Made by a program: the position numbers and the translations under genes. From Betaproteobacteria bacterium HGW-Betaproteobacteria-9 (GTDB taxonomy: Bacteria; Pseudomonadota; Gammaproteobacteria; Burkholderiales; Burkholderiaceae_C), in contig PHCC01000007.1 of the NCBI GenBank assembly GCA_002842215.1, positions 103,113-167,112 on the forward strand: a stretch of 64,000 bases of DNA, in the 5' to 3' direction. The notes below the pieces were generated by a model that was not told the origin of the DNA, made no database searches, and saw nothing but the letters and a program-made list of their open reading frames with translations. The number at the start of each line of letters is the position of its first letter. The first letter of the stretch is position 1. Positions 19,047-30,798 of this stretch are shown piece after piece.

Positions 19047-19889
19047 ATGAAACGCCTCCTGATCGTCCTGTTTTCTGCGGCCGCCGTGCTGACCGGCTGT
19101 GCCACCCTCGACCAGCGCCAGCGCGCCTGGATCTTCCAGCCCTCGGACCGCAGCTGGTGGCGCGGGGAAGAGGCCGCGGCCGGCATGGACGATGTCTGGA
19201 TCCACTTCCCGTCGCGGGAAACCGGGCAACCGGTGAAGCTGCATGGCCTGTGGCTGGCACACGAGAACGCCACCACGCAAGCGAATGCCCCCGTGCTGCT
19301 CTACCTGCACGGCGCGCGCTTCAACGTCACCGGCTCGGCCTTCCGCGCGCGCCGCATGCAGGAGCTGGGTTTCTCGGTGCTGGCCATCGACTACCGCGGT
19401 TTCGGCAAGAGTTCGCCGGGGCTGCCCTCGGAAACCATGGCCTACGAAGACGCCCGAGCCGCCTGGGACTGGCTGGGCCAGCAGTACCCCGGTCGGCCGC
19501 GCTACATCTTCGGCCACTCGCTGGGCGGCGCCATCGCGATCGAACTCGCGGCCCAGGTGGGCGACGAAGCGGGCACGCTGGTCGAAGGCGGTTTCACCTC
19601 CATCCCCGACGTGGTCAGCACCTTCAAGTGGGGCTGGCTGCCGGTGGGGCCGCTCATCACCCAGCGTTTTGAAGCGGTCAAGCGCGTGCCGGCGATCGGC
19701 TCGCCGCTGCTGGTAGTGCACGGCGGGGCCGACCGGCTGATCCAGCCCGAGCTCGGGCGGCGGTTGTTCGATGCCGCCACCGGGCGCAAGGCCTTCGTGC
19801 TGGTGGAAGGCGGCTCGCACCACAACACCAACTCGGTGGGCCAGCCGCAGTACCGGGTGGCCCTGACCGACCTGTTCGGGCTCCCTTAG
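19047..19889 (+). CDS. Alpha/beta hydrolase lipoprotein (ABHD-like)
   Basis: Lipobox LTGC, LYLHG, DYRGFG, GHSLGG, VHGGAD, GGSHHN. Confidence 0.9.
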   Translation: MKRLLIVLFSAAAVLTGCATLDQRQRAWIFQPSDRSWWRGEEAAAGMDDVWIHFPSRETGQPVKLHGLWLAHENATTQANAPVLLYLHGARFNVTGSAFRARRMQELGFSVLAIDYRGFGKSSPGLPSETMAYEDARAAWDWLGQQYPGRPRYIFGHSLGGAIAIELAAQVGDEAGTLVEGGFTSIPDVVSTFKWGWLPVGPLITQRFEAVKRVPAIGSPLLVVHGGADRLIQPELGRRLFDAATGRKAFVLVEGGSHHNTNSVGQPQYRVALTDLFGLP

Positions 19890-20074
19890 CGCTGCACCGC
19901 CGGCCGCACAGGCCGGAACCCACGGGCCCATGCCACAGCACCAAATCAGTGCTTTCTGGCAGGTCGACCACGGCGCGCACCAATACAGCGCTCGATGCAC
20001 CCAATCAATGCCATATCACTGGGCGAAATGCCGATTTTGCATAATCCAATGCACATTTTTGGAGCATTTAACGC

Positions 20075-21418
20075 ATGAAGTACGCCTCGGTCCACGATTT
20101 TTTGTCCCACGTCGCCCTGCGCAATCCCAGCCAGCCCGAGTTCCTGCAGGCCGTCACGGAAGTGATGGAAAGCCTCTGGCCCTTCATCTCCGCCCACCCG
20201 AAGTACGCGGAACAAGGCCTGCTCGACCGCCTGGTTGAACCGGAACGCATCGTGATCTTCCGCGTGTCCTGGGTGGACGATCACGGCAGCGTGCAGGTCA
20301 ACAAGGGCTACCGCATCCAGCACAGCATGGCCATCGGCCCCTACAAAGGCGGCCTGCGCTTCCACCCCTCGGTCAACCTGTCGGTGTTGAAGTTCCTGGC
20401 CTTCGAGCAGACCTTCAAGAACGCCCTGACCACCCTGCCCATGGGCGGCGGCAAGGGCGGCTCGGACTTCGACCCCAAGGGAAAGAGCCCGGCCGAGGTC
20501 ATGCGCTTCTGCCAGGCCTTCGTGATGGAGCTGTTCCGCCACGTGGGCCCGGACACCGACGTCCCGGCCGGTGACATCGGCGTGGGCGGTCGCGAGGTCG
20601 GCTTCATGGCCGGCATGTACAAGAAGCTGGCCAACAGCGCCGCCAGCGTGTTCACCGGCAAGGGCCTGTCCTTCGGCGGCTCGCTGATCCGCCCCGAAGC
20701 CACCGGCTACGGCACGGTGTATTTCGCCGACGAGATGCTCAAGACCCGGGGCAAGTCCTTCCAGGGCATGCGCGTCTCGGTTTCCGGCTCGGGCAACGTG
20801 GCGCAGTACGCGGTCGAGAAGGCCATGGCCCTGGGCGCCAAGGTGGTGACCGTCTCCGACTCCAGCGGCACCATCGTGGACGAAGACGGTTTCTCGCCCG
20901 AGAAACTGGCCATCCTGATGGACGTGAAGAACCACCACTACGGCCGCGTGAGCGACTACGCCGCGCGCACCGGCGCGAAGTTCGAGGCCGGCAAGCGCCC
21001 CTGGCACGTGCCGGTGGACGTGGCCCTGCCTTGCGCCACCCAGAACGAGCTGGACGAGGCCGACGCTCGCACCCTGATCGCCAACGGCGTGATCTGCGTG
21101 GCCGAAGGGGCCAACATGCCCTCGACCATCGAAGCCGCCAAGGCCTTTGAAGCGGCCGGCGTGCTGTACGCACCGGGCAAGGCGTCGAACGCCGGTGGCG
21201 TGGCCACCTCGGGCCTGGAGATGAGCCAGAACGCGATGCGCCTGTCCTGGACGAGCGCCGAGGTGGACGGTCGCCTGCTGCAGATCATGCAGGGCATTCA
21301 TGCCGCCTGCCTGACCCACGGCAAGCGCGCCGACGGCAGCGTGAGCTACATCGACGGCGCCAACATCGCCGGCTTCGTCAAGGTGGCCGACGCCATGCTG
21401 GCCCAAGGCGTCATTTAG
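20075..21418 (+). CDS. gdhA: NADP-specific glutamate dehydrogenase
   Basis: GPYKGGLRFHP, GGGKGGSDFDP, DVPAGDIGVG, RPEATGYG, PGKASNAGGV. Confidence 0.97.
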   Translation: MKYASVHDFLSHVALRNPSQPEFLQAVTEVMESLWPFISAHPKYAEQGLLDRLVEPERIVIFRVSWVDDHGSVQVNKGYRIQHSMAIGPYKGGLRFHPSVNLSVLKFLAFEQTFKNALTTLPMGGGKGGSDFDPKGKSPAEVMRFCQAFVMELFRHVGPDTDVPAGDIGVGGREVGFMAGMYKKLANSAASVFTGKGLSFGGSLIRPEATGYGTVYFADEMLKTRGKSFQGMRVSVSGSGNVAQYAVEKAMALGAKVVTVSDSSGTIVDEDGFSPEKLAILMDVKNHHYGRVSDYAARTGAKFEAGKRPWHVPVDVALPCATQNELDEADARTLIANGVICVAEGANMPSTIEAAKAFEAAGVLYAPGKASNAGGVATSGLEMSQNAMRLSWTSAEVDGRLLQIMQGIHAACLTHGKRADGSVSYIDGANIAGFVKVADAMLAQGVI

Positions 21419-21504
21419 CGCGGCCCTCGGCGGGTGAAACGCCGGCCCGCCCAGGCCCCTGGCCGCCACGCTCGGCCACCATCGCTTCTGCTACCCTCGA
21501 CTGG

Positions 21505-22764
21505 ATGTCCGCCAAGCCCTCTTCCATGTCGCCCGGCCTGATCGTGCTGGTGCTCTCGCTGCTGCTGGGTCTGCAACCCGTCACCACCGACCTTTACCTG
21601 CCCGCCCTGCCAGCGATGACCCGGGGCTTTGGCGCGGCGATGTCGCAGGCCCAGCTCACGCTGACCGCGCTGCTGCTGGCTTTCGGCCTGTCGCAGCTGG
21701 TGTGGGGGCCGCTGTCGGACCGCTTCGGCCGCCGGCCGGTGCTGCTGGGCGGCACGCTGCTCTATGTGGTGGCTTCGGTGGGCAGCACGTTTTCCGCTTC
21801 GATGGACCAGCTCATCGTCTGGCGCGCGCTGCAGGGCGTGGCCATGGGCGCGGGCGTGATGTGCGCGCGCGCCATCGTGCGCGATCTCTACGCCCCGGTG
21901 GACGGTGCCCGCATCATGTCCAAGGGCCTCACCGGTCTGGGTGTGATCGCCTGCGCGAGTGCGCCGCTGGGTGGCCTGCTGGCGCAGTATCTGGGCTGGC
22001 GCATGGCGCTGATGGCGTTAGCCGTGTTCGGCGCCGGCACGCTGCTGCTGGTGGCGCTGCGGTTCGAAGAATCCCTGGCACAGAAGAACCCGCGCGCGCT
22101 GGAGCCGATCACGCTGCTGCGCACCTGGTGGACCATCCTGCAGAACCCCACTTTCTGGGCTTTCACGCTGCTGGCCACCACGTCCTACGGCGGCCTGTTC
22201 ACCTTCCTCGCCGCGTCTTCGTTCGTCTTCATCCAGGTGCTGGGCCTGTCGCAGCCGGCCTACGGTCTGGCCATGTTCACCATGTCGCTGAGCTACATCC
22301 TCGGCACCTTCATCTGCCGTCGCCTGCTGCCGCGCTTCGGCGTGCGCAAGACGGTGGCGCTCGCAGGCGTCTGCACCCTCACCGCCGGCACCAGCATGGG
22401 CCTGCTCGCGCTCGCGGGCGTGCAGCACGTGGCCGCCATCATGGTGCCGTTCTACGGCTTCATGCTGGCCCACGGCGTGCACCAGCCCTGCGGCCAGAGC
22501 GGCGCCGTCGGGCCGTTCCCGCAGGCCGCGGGCGCGGCTTCGGCGCTGAGCGGTTTCATGATGATGATCGCGGCCTTCTTCATGGGCGGCTGGCTGGGTA
22601 AAAGCCTGGCGGCCATCGCTCAGGGCCAGGGCAGCGTGCTGCCGCTGACCAACGGCGTCTGGTTCTGGAGCGTGCTGATCGCGGCCACGGCCTGGACGCT
22701 GGTTCAACGTCATGGCGACACGAAGACACCGCCCGTGAGAATGAATTCCGAGTCCGTCACATGA
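21505..22764 (+). CDS. Bcr/CflA family MFS efflux transporter
   Basis: [20 protein letters not shown], ~12 TMs. Confidence 0.93.
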   Translation: MSAKPSSMSPGLIVLVLSLLLGLQPVTTDLYLPALPAMTRGFGAAMSQAQLTLTALLLAFGLSQLVWGPLSDRFGRRPVLLGGTLLYVVASVGSTFSASMDQLIVWRALQGVAMGAGVMCARAIVRDLYAPVDGARIMSKGLTGLGVIACASAPLGGLLAQYLGWRMALMALAVFGAGTLLLVALRFEESLAQKNPRALEPITLLRTWWTILQNPTFWAFTLLATTSYGGLFTFLAASSFVFIQVLGLSQPAYGLAMFTMSLSYILGTFICRRLLPRFGVRKTVALAGVCTLTAGTSMGLLALAGVQHVAAIMVPFYGFMLAHGVHQPCGQSGAVGPFPQAAGAASALSGFMMMIAAFFMGGWLGKSLAAIAQGQGSVLPLTNGVWFWSVLIAATAWTLVQRHGDTKTPPVRMNSESVT

Positions 22765-23768
22765 CAACGAGCGAAGTGCTCGATTCCGAAGCGCGGCGGG
22801 GGTGCCTCGCCATCGCCGGGCCAACCGCCAGCGGCAAGAGTGCGGCCTCGCTGGCCATCGCACAGCGCTGGCCGGTGGAGATCATCAGTGTCGATTCGGC
22901 CCTGGTCTACCGCGGCATGGACATCGGCACCGCCAAGCCCACGCCCGCCGAGCTGGTCCAGGTGCCGCACCACCTGATCGACACCCTCGACCCACTGAAC
23001 GCCTACAGCGCGGCCGGCTTTGTGGCCGACGCCACGCGGCTGATCGGCGAGATCCAGGCGCGCGGACGCACGCCGCTGCTGGTGGGCGGCACCATGCTGT
23101 ATTTCAAGGCGCTGATGCAGGGCCTCAACCCGATGCCGCGCGCCGACGCCGCTGTGCGCCAGGCCATCGAGGCGCGCGCCGCCCAGCTCGGCTGGCCCGC
23201 GCTGCACGCCGAGCTGGCGCGGGTGGACCCGGTGACGGCGGCGCGCCTGTTCCCCAACGACTCGCAGCGCATCCAGCGCGCGCTCGAAGTGTTCGAGGTG
23301 TCGGGCCAGCCGATCTCGGCCTTCCAGACCGGGCCGGACGCGTCCACCCCCACCAGCCCGATCGCGCCCGGCGCCCTGCTCTCCCTCGAACCGCAGGACC
23401 GTGCCTGGCTGCACGCGCGCATCGCCCAGCGCTTCGACGCCATGCTGGCGGCGGGCTTCCTGGACGAGGTGCGGGCGCTGCGCGCGCGCGGCGACCTGCA
23501 CCCCGACCTCCCGTCCATGCGCTGTGTCGGCTACCGCCAGGCCTGGGAGGCCCTGGACGCCCACGGCGAAACACCGAGCGCGCCCCAGCTCGCCGAGCTG
23601 CGCGACCGCGGCATCTTCGCCACCCGTCAGCTCGCCAAGCGCCAGATCACCTGGCTGCGCGCCATGCCGGAACGGGTGGTCGTGGCCTGCGACGTGCCCG
23701 ATGCGCTGGCACAGGTGCTGCGGTGGGCCAGCCGCTGGCTGGACGCGCCCGCCAGAAAAGAAGCATGA
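22761..23768 (+). CDS. miaA: tRNA dimethylallyltransferase
   Basis: [41 protein letters not shown]. Confidence 0.97.
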   Translation: MTTSEVLDSEARRGCLAIAGPTASGKSAASLAIAQRWPVEIISVDSALVYRGMDIGTAKPTPAELVQVPHHLIDTLDPLNAYSAAGFVADATRLIGEIQARGRTPLLVGGTMLYFKALMQGLNPMPRADAAVRQAIEARAAQLGWPALHAELARVDPVTAARLFPNDSQRIQRALEVFEVSGQPISAFQTGPDASTPTSPIAPGALLSLEPQDRAWLHARIAQRFDAMLAAGFLDEVRALRARGDLHPDLPSMRCVGYRQAWEALDAHGETPSAPQLAELRDRGIFATRQLAKRQITWLRAMPERVVVACDVPDALAQVLRWASRWLDAPARKEA

Positions 23769-24409
23769 GCCTCGTCATCCACAACCTGAGCAAACGCTAT
23801 GGCGACACGCCCGTGTTCAGCCAGGTGAACCTGCGCGTCGAGCCGGGCGAGTTCATCGCCATCGTCGGCGAATCGGGCGTGGGCAAATCCAGCCTGCTCA
23901 ACTGCATGGCCGCGCTGGACGACTGGAGCGAGGGCACGATCACGCACGACGGCTTGGACCTCGGCACGCTGGGCGAGGTGCAGCGCGCCCACTGGCGGCG
24001 CGAAAAGCTCGGTTTCGTGTTCCAGGCGTTTCACGTGCTGCCGCACCTGGACGTGGCGCAGAACGTGGGGCTGCCGCTGCTGCTGCTGAAGCGCCCGGAC
24101 CCGGCGCGCGTGGCGCAGATGCTCGAAGCGGTGGGCCTGGGCGGACTCGGCGAGCGCCTGCCGGCCCAGCTCTCCGGCGGGCAGCTGCAGCGCGTGGCGA
24201 TCGCCCGCGCCCTGGTGCACCGCCCCAGCCTGCTGCTCGCCGATGAACCCACCGGCAACCTCGACCCTTCCACCGCAGCGCAGGTGATGGGCGTGCTGCA
24301 GCAGCAGGCGGCCGACAGCGGCGCGGCGCTGGTGCTGGTCACGCACTCCGAGGCGGCCGCTGCGCGGGCGCAGCGCGTGCTGCAACTCACCGCGACGGGC
24401 TGCCGCTGA
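23765..24409 (+). CDS. ABC ATP-binding protein (LolD/FtsE-like)
   Basis: [26 protein letters not shown]. Confidence 0.92.
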   Translation: MSLVIHNLSKRYGDTPVFSQVNLRVEPGEFIAIVGESGVGKSSLLNCMAALDDWSEGTITHDGLDLGTLGEVQRAHWRREKLGFVFQAFHVLPHLDVAQNVGLPLLLLKRPDPARVAQMLEAVGLGGLGERLPAQLSGGQLQRVAIARALVHRPSLLLADEPTGNLDPSTAAQVMGVLQQQAADSGAALVLVTHSEAAAARAQRVLQLTATGCR

Positions 24410-24623
24410 GCCTGCCCTGGTCGCGCTGACCACGTCGCGCTCAGCGACCTCACAGACCACCTTCCCCGCTCTCACCACCCACTGCTCTGACAGGGCGTGG
24501 CGTGGCGTGGCGGCTGTTGACGCACCGAAGCCCCATCGGCCAGCGCTTTCCAGCGCCCTTCACGGCCACAGTCAAACCATCTCACCCACACACATCCATT
24601 GCATTGATGTACCTTTATTGCAT

Positions 24624-24637
24624 TGCAATCCTTTGCA
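24624..24637. promoter_or_regulatory. LacI-type operator 1 upstream of porin
   Basis: TGCAATCCTTTGCA, one mismatch from the 27163-27176 site. Confidence 0.65.
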
Positions 24638-24725
24638 CCATTGGTACTTACCTGACTGTTGTACGGTGACTTCAGATCGAGTTACGTACCTGGAACAAGC
24701 GCCATTTCAAGGGTTTACACCAAAT

Positions 24726-24739
24726 TACAAACGTTTGCA
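24726..24739. promoter_or_regulatory. LacI-type operator 2 upstream of porin
   Basis: TACAAACGTTTGCA, palindrome with central CG. Confidence 0.65.
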
Positions 24740-24852
24740 CCAATGATCGAATGACGCCACTTTCCAACTGGGTTTTCACTTGTTTTTATGAAACTCAGAT
24801 ACCGGAAAGGTGTTTGTCAGTTCAATCCCATTCCTACTCCCGAGACAAATCC

Positions 24853-25770
24853 ATGCAAAACTTCTTCAAACTGGCCGCTGTTGCTGCCCTCTGTTCCACC
24901 GCCGTTGCCGCCCACGCCGAACTGTCGCTCGATGCCAACCTCGAGCTCGACACCACCTACACCAACGCCGTCGATGCTCCGGCCAGCAACGCCCGCGAAA
25001 GCGACCTAGGCATGGGTGGCCGCGTGGAATTCAACGTCGGCGCCAAGGCCACCAACGGAGACGCCTTCGTGGCCGCCCGTGCCTCGCTGTTGCTGAAGAA
25101 GGACGGCGACACCGGCATGGACGACATGTGGGTGCAATTCGGCAACGCGGGCATGGACCTCAAGCTCGGCCGCTTCGAAGCCTACGACCTCTTCCCCGTG
25201 GGGAAGGACACCGTGGTCGAATACGCCGGCTACACCCCCTACCAGGCCAACATGCTGCGCGGGCGCAAAGGCCGCGACGTCGCCCACGGCGCGCTGGGCG
25301 TGAACGCAGCGCCCGGCCTGCGCTTTGAACTGGGTCTGGTCTACAGCAAGGACGAGGGCGAAGCCCGCGGCATCCGTCCGGCTGTGGGCTACACCACCGG
25401 CCCCCTGACCCTGCGCGCCGGCGTGGAGTCGGTCAAGGTCGTGGGCAGTGACGCCAGCACGGAAAACGGCGTCGGCCTCTCGGTCGGCTACGCCCTGAGC
25501 AAAGACAGCAACATCAATGTCAACTTCGCCAAGAAGGAAGACGACAAGACCATCGGCATCAACGCCATCATCGGCGCAGCCGGCATCGGCCTGGTCCACG
25601 GCAAGGGCGCCACCTCGGCCGACAAGGTCACCACCGTCTACGCCGCCTACAGCCTGCCGCTGTTCGGCGTGAAGGGCGCCACCATCACCCCCGCCCTGAG
25701 CTACTCCAAGGGTGGCACCGGCACCGACGACCAGGTGGCCGTCCGCGCCCGCATCAACTACGCGTTCTGA
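24853..25770 (+). CDS. Outer-membrane beta-barrel, probable carbohydrate porin
   Basis: Signal peptide (AVAAHA), amphipathic strands, C-terminal INYAF; LacI boxes upstream. Confidence 0.8.
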   Translation: MQNFFKLAAVAALCSTAVAAHAELSLDANLELDTTYTNAVDAPASNARESDLGMGGRVEFNVGAKATNGDAFVAARASLLLKKDGDTGMDDMWVQFGNAGMDLKLGRFEAYDLFPVGKDTVVEYAGYTPYQANMLRGRKGRDVAHGALGVNAAPGLRFELGLVYSKDEGEARGIRPAVGYTTGPLTLRAGVESVKVVGSDASTENGVGLSVGYALSKDSNINVNFAKKEDDKTIGINAIIGAAGIGLVHGKGATSADKVTTVYAAYSLPLFGVKGATITPALSYSKGGTGTDDQVAVRARINYAF

Positions 25771-25835
25771 CCCACGCGCTTCGCGGGCGAGGGGTCTGGC
25801 CCAGCCCGCACCGTTTTCTTCCAGGCAATCAGTTT

Positions 25836-25866
25836 CGCCCGGTGCTTCCAAGCCCGGGCGTTTTTT
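25836..25866 (+). terminator. Rho-independent terminator
   Basis: CGCCCGG-N11-CCGGGCG followed by TTTTTT. Confidence 0.75.
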
Positions 25867-25933
25867 ATGCCCACACGGCGGGGTATCTGCAGCGCGACCA
25901 GTGCGCGGCCCGCGGGGGTGAAATAATAAATTG

Positions 25934-27022
25934 ATGTCACGCACACCTCCACACCTCCCCCCAGCAACGCCCACCACCGACACCGATCCCGCCCCGGCAG
26001 CCCTTGCGCCGCCCGACAAAGGACGCCGGCGCGTGCAGATGATCGACATCGCGCGCATGGCGGGCGTGTCCACCTCCACCGTCTCGCGCGCGCTCAGCGG
26101 CAGCGCGCTCATCCCCGAGGCCACGCGCAACCGCATCACCGAACTGGCCCGCTCGCTGCACTACCGCGTCAACGTGGGAGCGGCCAACCTGCGCAAAGGC
26201 GACGTGCAGACCATTGGTGTCGTGCTCCTGAGCGACAGCACGCAGATGATCTCCGACCCTTTCGTACTGGGCATCCTGGGTTCGTTGACCGATACGGTGA
26301 ACGAGCTCGGCATGAACCTCCTGCTGACGCGCCTGCAGGAAAACCGCGAAGACCAGTTGCGCTCGATGGTCGAGTCGGGCCAGGTCAACGGGCTGGTCGT
26401 GATCGGCCAGCTCGCCCTGCACGACCACCTCAATGAGCTGGCAAAGCAAGGCATTCCCATGGCCGTGTGGGGCGCCAACCTGGACGGCGCCGCGTACCCC
26501 GTGGTGGGCGGCGACAACCTGCAGGGCGGCTACCTTGCCACCCGCCACCTGATCGAGAAGGGCTGCCGCCGCATCGCCTTCTTTGGCGACACCGCACACC
26601 CCGAGGCGGGTCTTCGCTTTCAGGGCTACACACAGGCCCTGCAAGAGGCGGGCATCGAACCCGACCCCCGCCTGCGGCAACACTACCTGTTTGGCGATGC
26701 GCGCATCCGGGAAACCATCGAAGGCTGGCTCAACCAGCATCTGGACTTTGACGCGATCTTCGCCTGCAGCGACGTGACCGCCATATCGCTCATGGGCGCA
26801 CTGCGCGAGCGCGGCGTCCCGATTCCGGGGCAGGTGCGCCTGGTCGGGTACGACGACATCCTGCTGTCCATGCACGTCCACCCGACGCTCACCACGGTGC
26901 GCCAGCCCATCGAGCAGGCCGGCCGGGCGCTGGTCGCGCTGCTGTTCGAGTCCATGGCCGGCGCGCCGCGCCGCAACATCGTCCTGCCCACCGAGCTGAT
27001 CGTCCGCGACAGCAGCCTTTAG
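25934..27022 (+). CDS. LacI family transcriptional regulator (start approximate)
   Basis: MIDIARMAGVSTSTVSRAL HTH, VGYDD, PTLTTVRQP. Confidence 0.95.
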   Translation: MSRTPPHLPPATPTTDTDPAPAALAPPDKGRRRVQMIDIARMAGVSTSTVSRALSGSALIPEATRNRITELARSLHYRVNVGAANLRKGDVQTIGVVLLSDSTQMISDPFVLGILGSLTDTVNELGMNLLLTRLQENREDQLRSMVESGQVNGLVVIGQLALHDHLNELAKQGIPMAVWGANLDGAAYPVVGGDNLQGGYLATRHLIEKGCRRIAFFGDTAHPEAGLRFQGYTQALQEAGIEPDPRLRQHYLFGDARIRETIEGWLNQHLDFDAIFACSDVTAISLMGALRERGVPIPGQVRLVGYDDILLSMHVHPTLTTVRQPIEQAGRALVALLFESMAGAPRRNIVLPTELIVRDSSL

Positions 27023-27162
27023 CAGGGTCTGACCGGGCCTGCCCCGGTTATCCAGAAAGATGCCGCAACGGGGCGCGCGAGGCGTGCCCCCTGCCCTTGC
27101 GCGCGCCTCGCAGAACCGCCCGGGTGACCGCACATGTCTTCATCTAAGGGTAATTACCAAAA

Positions 27163-27176
27163 TGCAATCGTTTGCA
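27163..27176. promoter_or_regulatory. LacI-type operator upstream of sugar ABC operon
   Basis: TGCAATCGTTTGCA. Confidence 0.7.
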
Positions 27177-27248
27177 TCGGTGCTCTAATTCCATCAGAAG
27201 CTGAATTCACCACCCAACCACCAGGTCCCCGCGCGCCCTCACACGTCC

Positions 27249-28250
<1,002 letters not shown>

Positions 28251-28323
28251 CGGACCCCATCCCGGGGATACCAACCCATGGCGTCGCGGAGGGTCCGTGA
28301 TGTCGACAGAGGAGCAACAAAAG

Positions 28324-29625
28324 ATGTTCAAGACAAGCACCATCGCCGGGGCCGCCGCCCTGGCCCTGACATCCGTGAGTGGCGCGGCCATGGCCGCCGA
28401 CTACAAGGGACCCGATCTGAAGGGCGAGGTGGTCACCATCACCTGCCCCTGGACCGGCGCCGAAGAAGGCATGTTCAAGAAGGTCATCGCCAACTTCGAG
28501 AAGGCCACCGGCGCCACGGTGAAGCACTCGTGCTCGCAGAGCTCCGAGCAGCAGATCGTGATCGACATCAAGGCCGGCTCGCCGTCCAACCTCTCCGTCT
28601 TCCCGCAGCCCGGCCTGGCCGCCAACATGGCCGCCGTCGGCGGCTTGGCGCCGCTGGGCAACAAGGCCCGCGACTGGGTCAAGGCCAACTACGCCGCCGG
28701 CAGCTCCTGGGCCGACCTCGGCACCTACAAGAACAAGGCCGGCAAGGACGAGTTCTACGGTTTCTTCTACAACGTGAACGTCAAGAGCCTGGTCTGGTAC
28801 ATCCCGGAGAACTTCAAGGAAAAGGGCTACAAGGTGCCCAAGTCCATGGAGGAGCTGCAGGATCTGAGCAAGAAGATCGCCGCCGACGGCGGCAAGCCCT
28901 GGTGCATCGGCCTGGGCAGCGACGCCGCCACCGGCTGGCCCGCGACCGACTGGGTCGAAGACATGATGCTGCGCACCCAGAGCCCGCAGGTCTACGACGA
29001 CTGGACCAGCAACAAGATGAAGTTCAACGACAAGCGCGTGGTTGAAGCGATAGAGGCCTATGGCTGGTTCGCCCGCAACGACGCCTATGTGGACGGCGGC
29101 GCCAAGGCCGTGGCCACCGTGAGCTTCAAGGACAGCCCCAAGGGCCTGTTCGGCACGCCGCCCAAGTGCTACATGCACCGCCAGGGCAGCTTCATCCCCG
29201 CCTTCTTCCCCGACGGCAAGGCCGAAGACGCCGACTTCTTCTACTTCCCGTCCTATGCCGGCAAGCAGCTGGGCAACCCGGTGCTGGGCGGTGGCACGAT
29301 CATGACGATCACCAAGGACAGCAAGGGTGCCCGCGCCTTCATGGAATACCTGCAGCACCCGCAAGCCCACGAGATCTGGATGGCCGAAGGCGGCTTCCTG
29401 ACCCCGCACAAGGGCGCGGACCTGGCCAAGTACAAGACCAAGGCGCTGCGCAAGCAAGGCGAGATCCTGCAAGGCGCCACCACCTTCCGCTTCGATGGCT
29501 CCGACCTGATGCCCGGCGCCGTGGGTGCCGGCAGCTTCTGGAAAGGCATGGTCGATTATTCGGGTGGCAAGTCGGCCCAGGCGGTGGCCGACGACATCCA
29601 GAAGTCCTGGGAGGCACTGAAGTAA
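28324..29625 (+). CDS. aglE: Alpha-glucoside ABC substrate-binding protein
   Basis: PWCIGLGSDAATGWPATDWVED and FRFDGSDLMPG resemble rhizobial AglE; GAGGAG RBS before ATG 28324. Confidence 0.85.
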   Translation: MFKTSTIAGAAALALTSVSGAAMAADYKGPDLKGEVVTITCPWTGAEEGMFKKVIANFEKATGATVKHSCSQSSEQQIVIDIKAGSPSNLSVFPQPGLAANMAAVGGLAPLGNKARDWVKANYAAGSSWADLGTYKNKAGKDEFYGFFYNVNVKSLVWYIPENFKEKGYKVPKSMEELQDLSKKIAADGGKPWCIGLGSDAATGWPATDWVEDMMLRTQSPQVYDDWTSNKMKFNDKRVVEAIEAYGWFARNDAYVDGGAKAVATVSFKDSPKGLFGTPPKCYMHRQGSFIPAFFPDGKAEDADFFYFPSYAGKQLGNPVLGGGTIMTITKDSKGARAFMEYLQHPQAHEIWMAEGGFLTPHKGADLAKYKTKALRKQGEILQGATTFRFDGSDLMPGAVGAGSFWKGMVDYSGGKSAQAVADDIQKSWEALK

Positions 29626-29719
29626 CCCCCGGGAACGGGTCCCCCCGCGCCGCCTTCGGCGTCACCCCTCAGGGGGCGATGCCAGCGGCCCGGCGGAGCC
29701 GGTTCCGCGGCATCCTGGG
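29626..29719 (+). repeat. Dispersed multi-hairpin repeat, copy 4
   Basis: CCCCTCAGGGGGCGATGCCAGCGGCCCGGCGGAGCCGGTTCCGCGGCATCCTGG; near-identical core at 51428-51481. Confidence 0.85.
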
Positions 29720-29790
29720 TTCAGACACGCGCTCCGGATGCCCCTTTGCAGTTGTCTTCTTCCTACTTTGTTCAATGACCACTGGCCACC

Positions 29791-30798
29791 ATGAGTGAAT
29801 CGATCTTCCAGACCCTGCTGGCCGTGGTGGTCAGCGTCGGTTTCTGCCTGCTGTATTTCGCGGGCAGCAACTTCCTGCTGGACCGCATCGTGGCCCTGCC
29901 CTTTGCCGGCTCGCGCAACCGGCGCGAGGCCATCCGCTCGCACGTGCAGCCCTGGCTGTTCCTGGCGCCGGCCCTGCTGCTGCTGGGTGTGTACCTGGTC
30001 TATCCGCTGTTCGAGACCTTCCGCCTGAGCTTCTTCGACGCGGTGGGCCAGACCTTTGTGGGCCTGGCCAACTACGTCTGGGTGTTCAAGGACGACAACT
30101 TCCTCATCACCATCCGCAACAACTTCATGTGGCTGCTGGTGGTGCCCGCGGTGTCCACGGCCCTGGGCCTGGTGGTGGCCGTGCTGGCCGACCGCGTGTG
30201 GTGGGGCCATGTGGCCAAGACGCTGGTGTTCATGCCCATGGCGATCAGCTTCGTTGGCGCCAGCGTGATCTGGAAGTTCGTGTTCGACTACCGCGGGCCC
30301 GACGCCGAACAGATCGGCCTGCTCAACGCCATCGTCACCGGCATGGGGTTTGAGCCCCAGGCCTGGGTCACCCTGCCGTTCTGGAACAACTTCTTCCTCA
30401 TGGCCATCCTGATCTGGATCCAGACCGGCTTCGCCATGGTGATCCTTTCGGCCGCGCTGCGCGGCGTACCCAACGACACCCTCGAAGCCGCGCGCATCGA
30501 CGGCGCCAGCGAACTGCAGATCTTCTTTGAAATCATGGTGCCGCAGGTGATGTCCACCATCCTCGTGGTCTGGACCACGATCACCATCACCGTGCTCAAG
30601 GTGTTCGACATCGTCATGGCCATGACCGGCGGCCAGTGGGACACCAGCGTGCTGGCCAACCTCATGTACGACTGGATGTTCCGCGGCGGCGGCGACTACG
30701 GGCGCAGCTCCACCCTGGCCATGGTGCTGATGCTGGCCGTGATCCCGGTGATGGCCTTCAACATCCGCCGCTTCCGCGCCGAGGAGGCCCAGCGATGA
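29791..30798 (+). CDS. aglF: Sugar ABC permease
   Basis: [12 protein letters not shown] loop, [15 protein letters not shown]. Confidence 0.88.
   Translation: MSESIFQTLLAVVVSVGFCLLYFAGSNFLLDRIVALPFAGSRNRREAIRSHVQPWLFLAPALLLLGVYLVYPLFETFRLSFFDAVGQTFVGLANYVWVFKDDNFLITIRNNFMWLLVVPAVSTALGLVVAVLADRVWWGHVAKTLVFMPMAISFVGASVIWKFVFDYRGPDAEQIGLLNAIVTGMGFEPQAWVTLPFWNNFFLMAILIWIQTGFAMVILSAALRGVPNDTLEAARIDGASELQIFFEIMVPQVMSTILVVWTTITITVLKVFDIVMAMTGGQWDTSVLANLMYDWMFRGGGDYGRSSTLAMVLMLAVIPVMAFNIRRFRAEEAQR

Noticed and set aside
19946-21469. 507-aa ORF antisense to gdhA, and similar long shadow ORFs opposite acyl-CoA ligase, aglE, GH1, GH13, pgm and edd
   Set aside because: Expected in high-GC genes with strong codon bias; no motifs, and the sense ORFs are clear enzymes.
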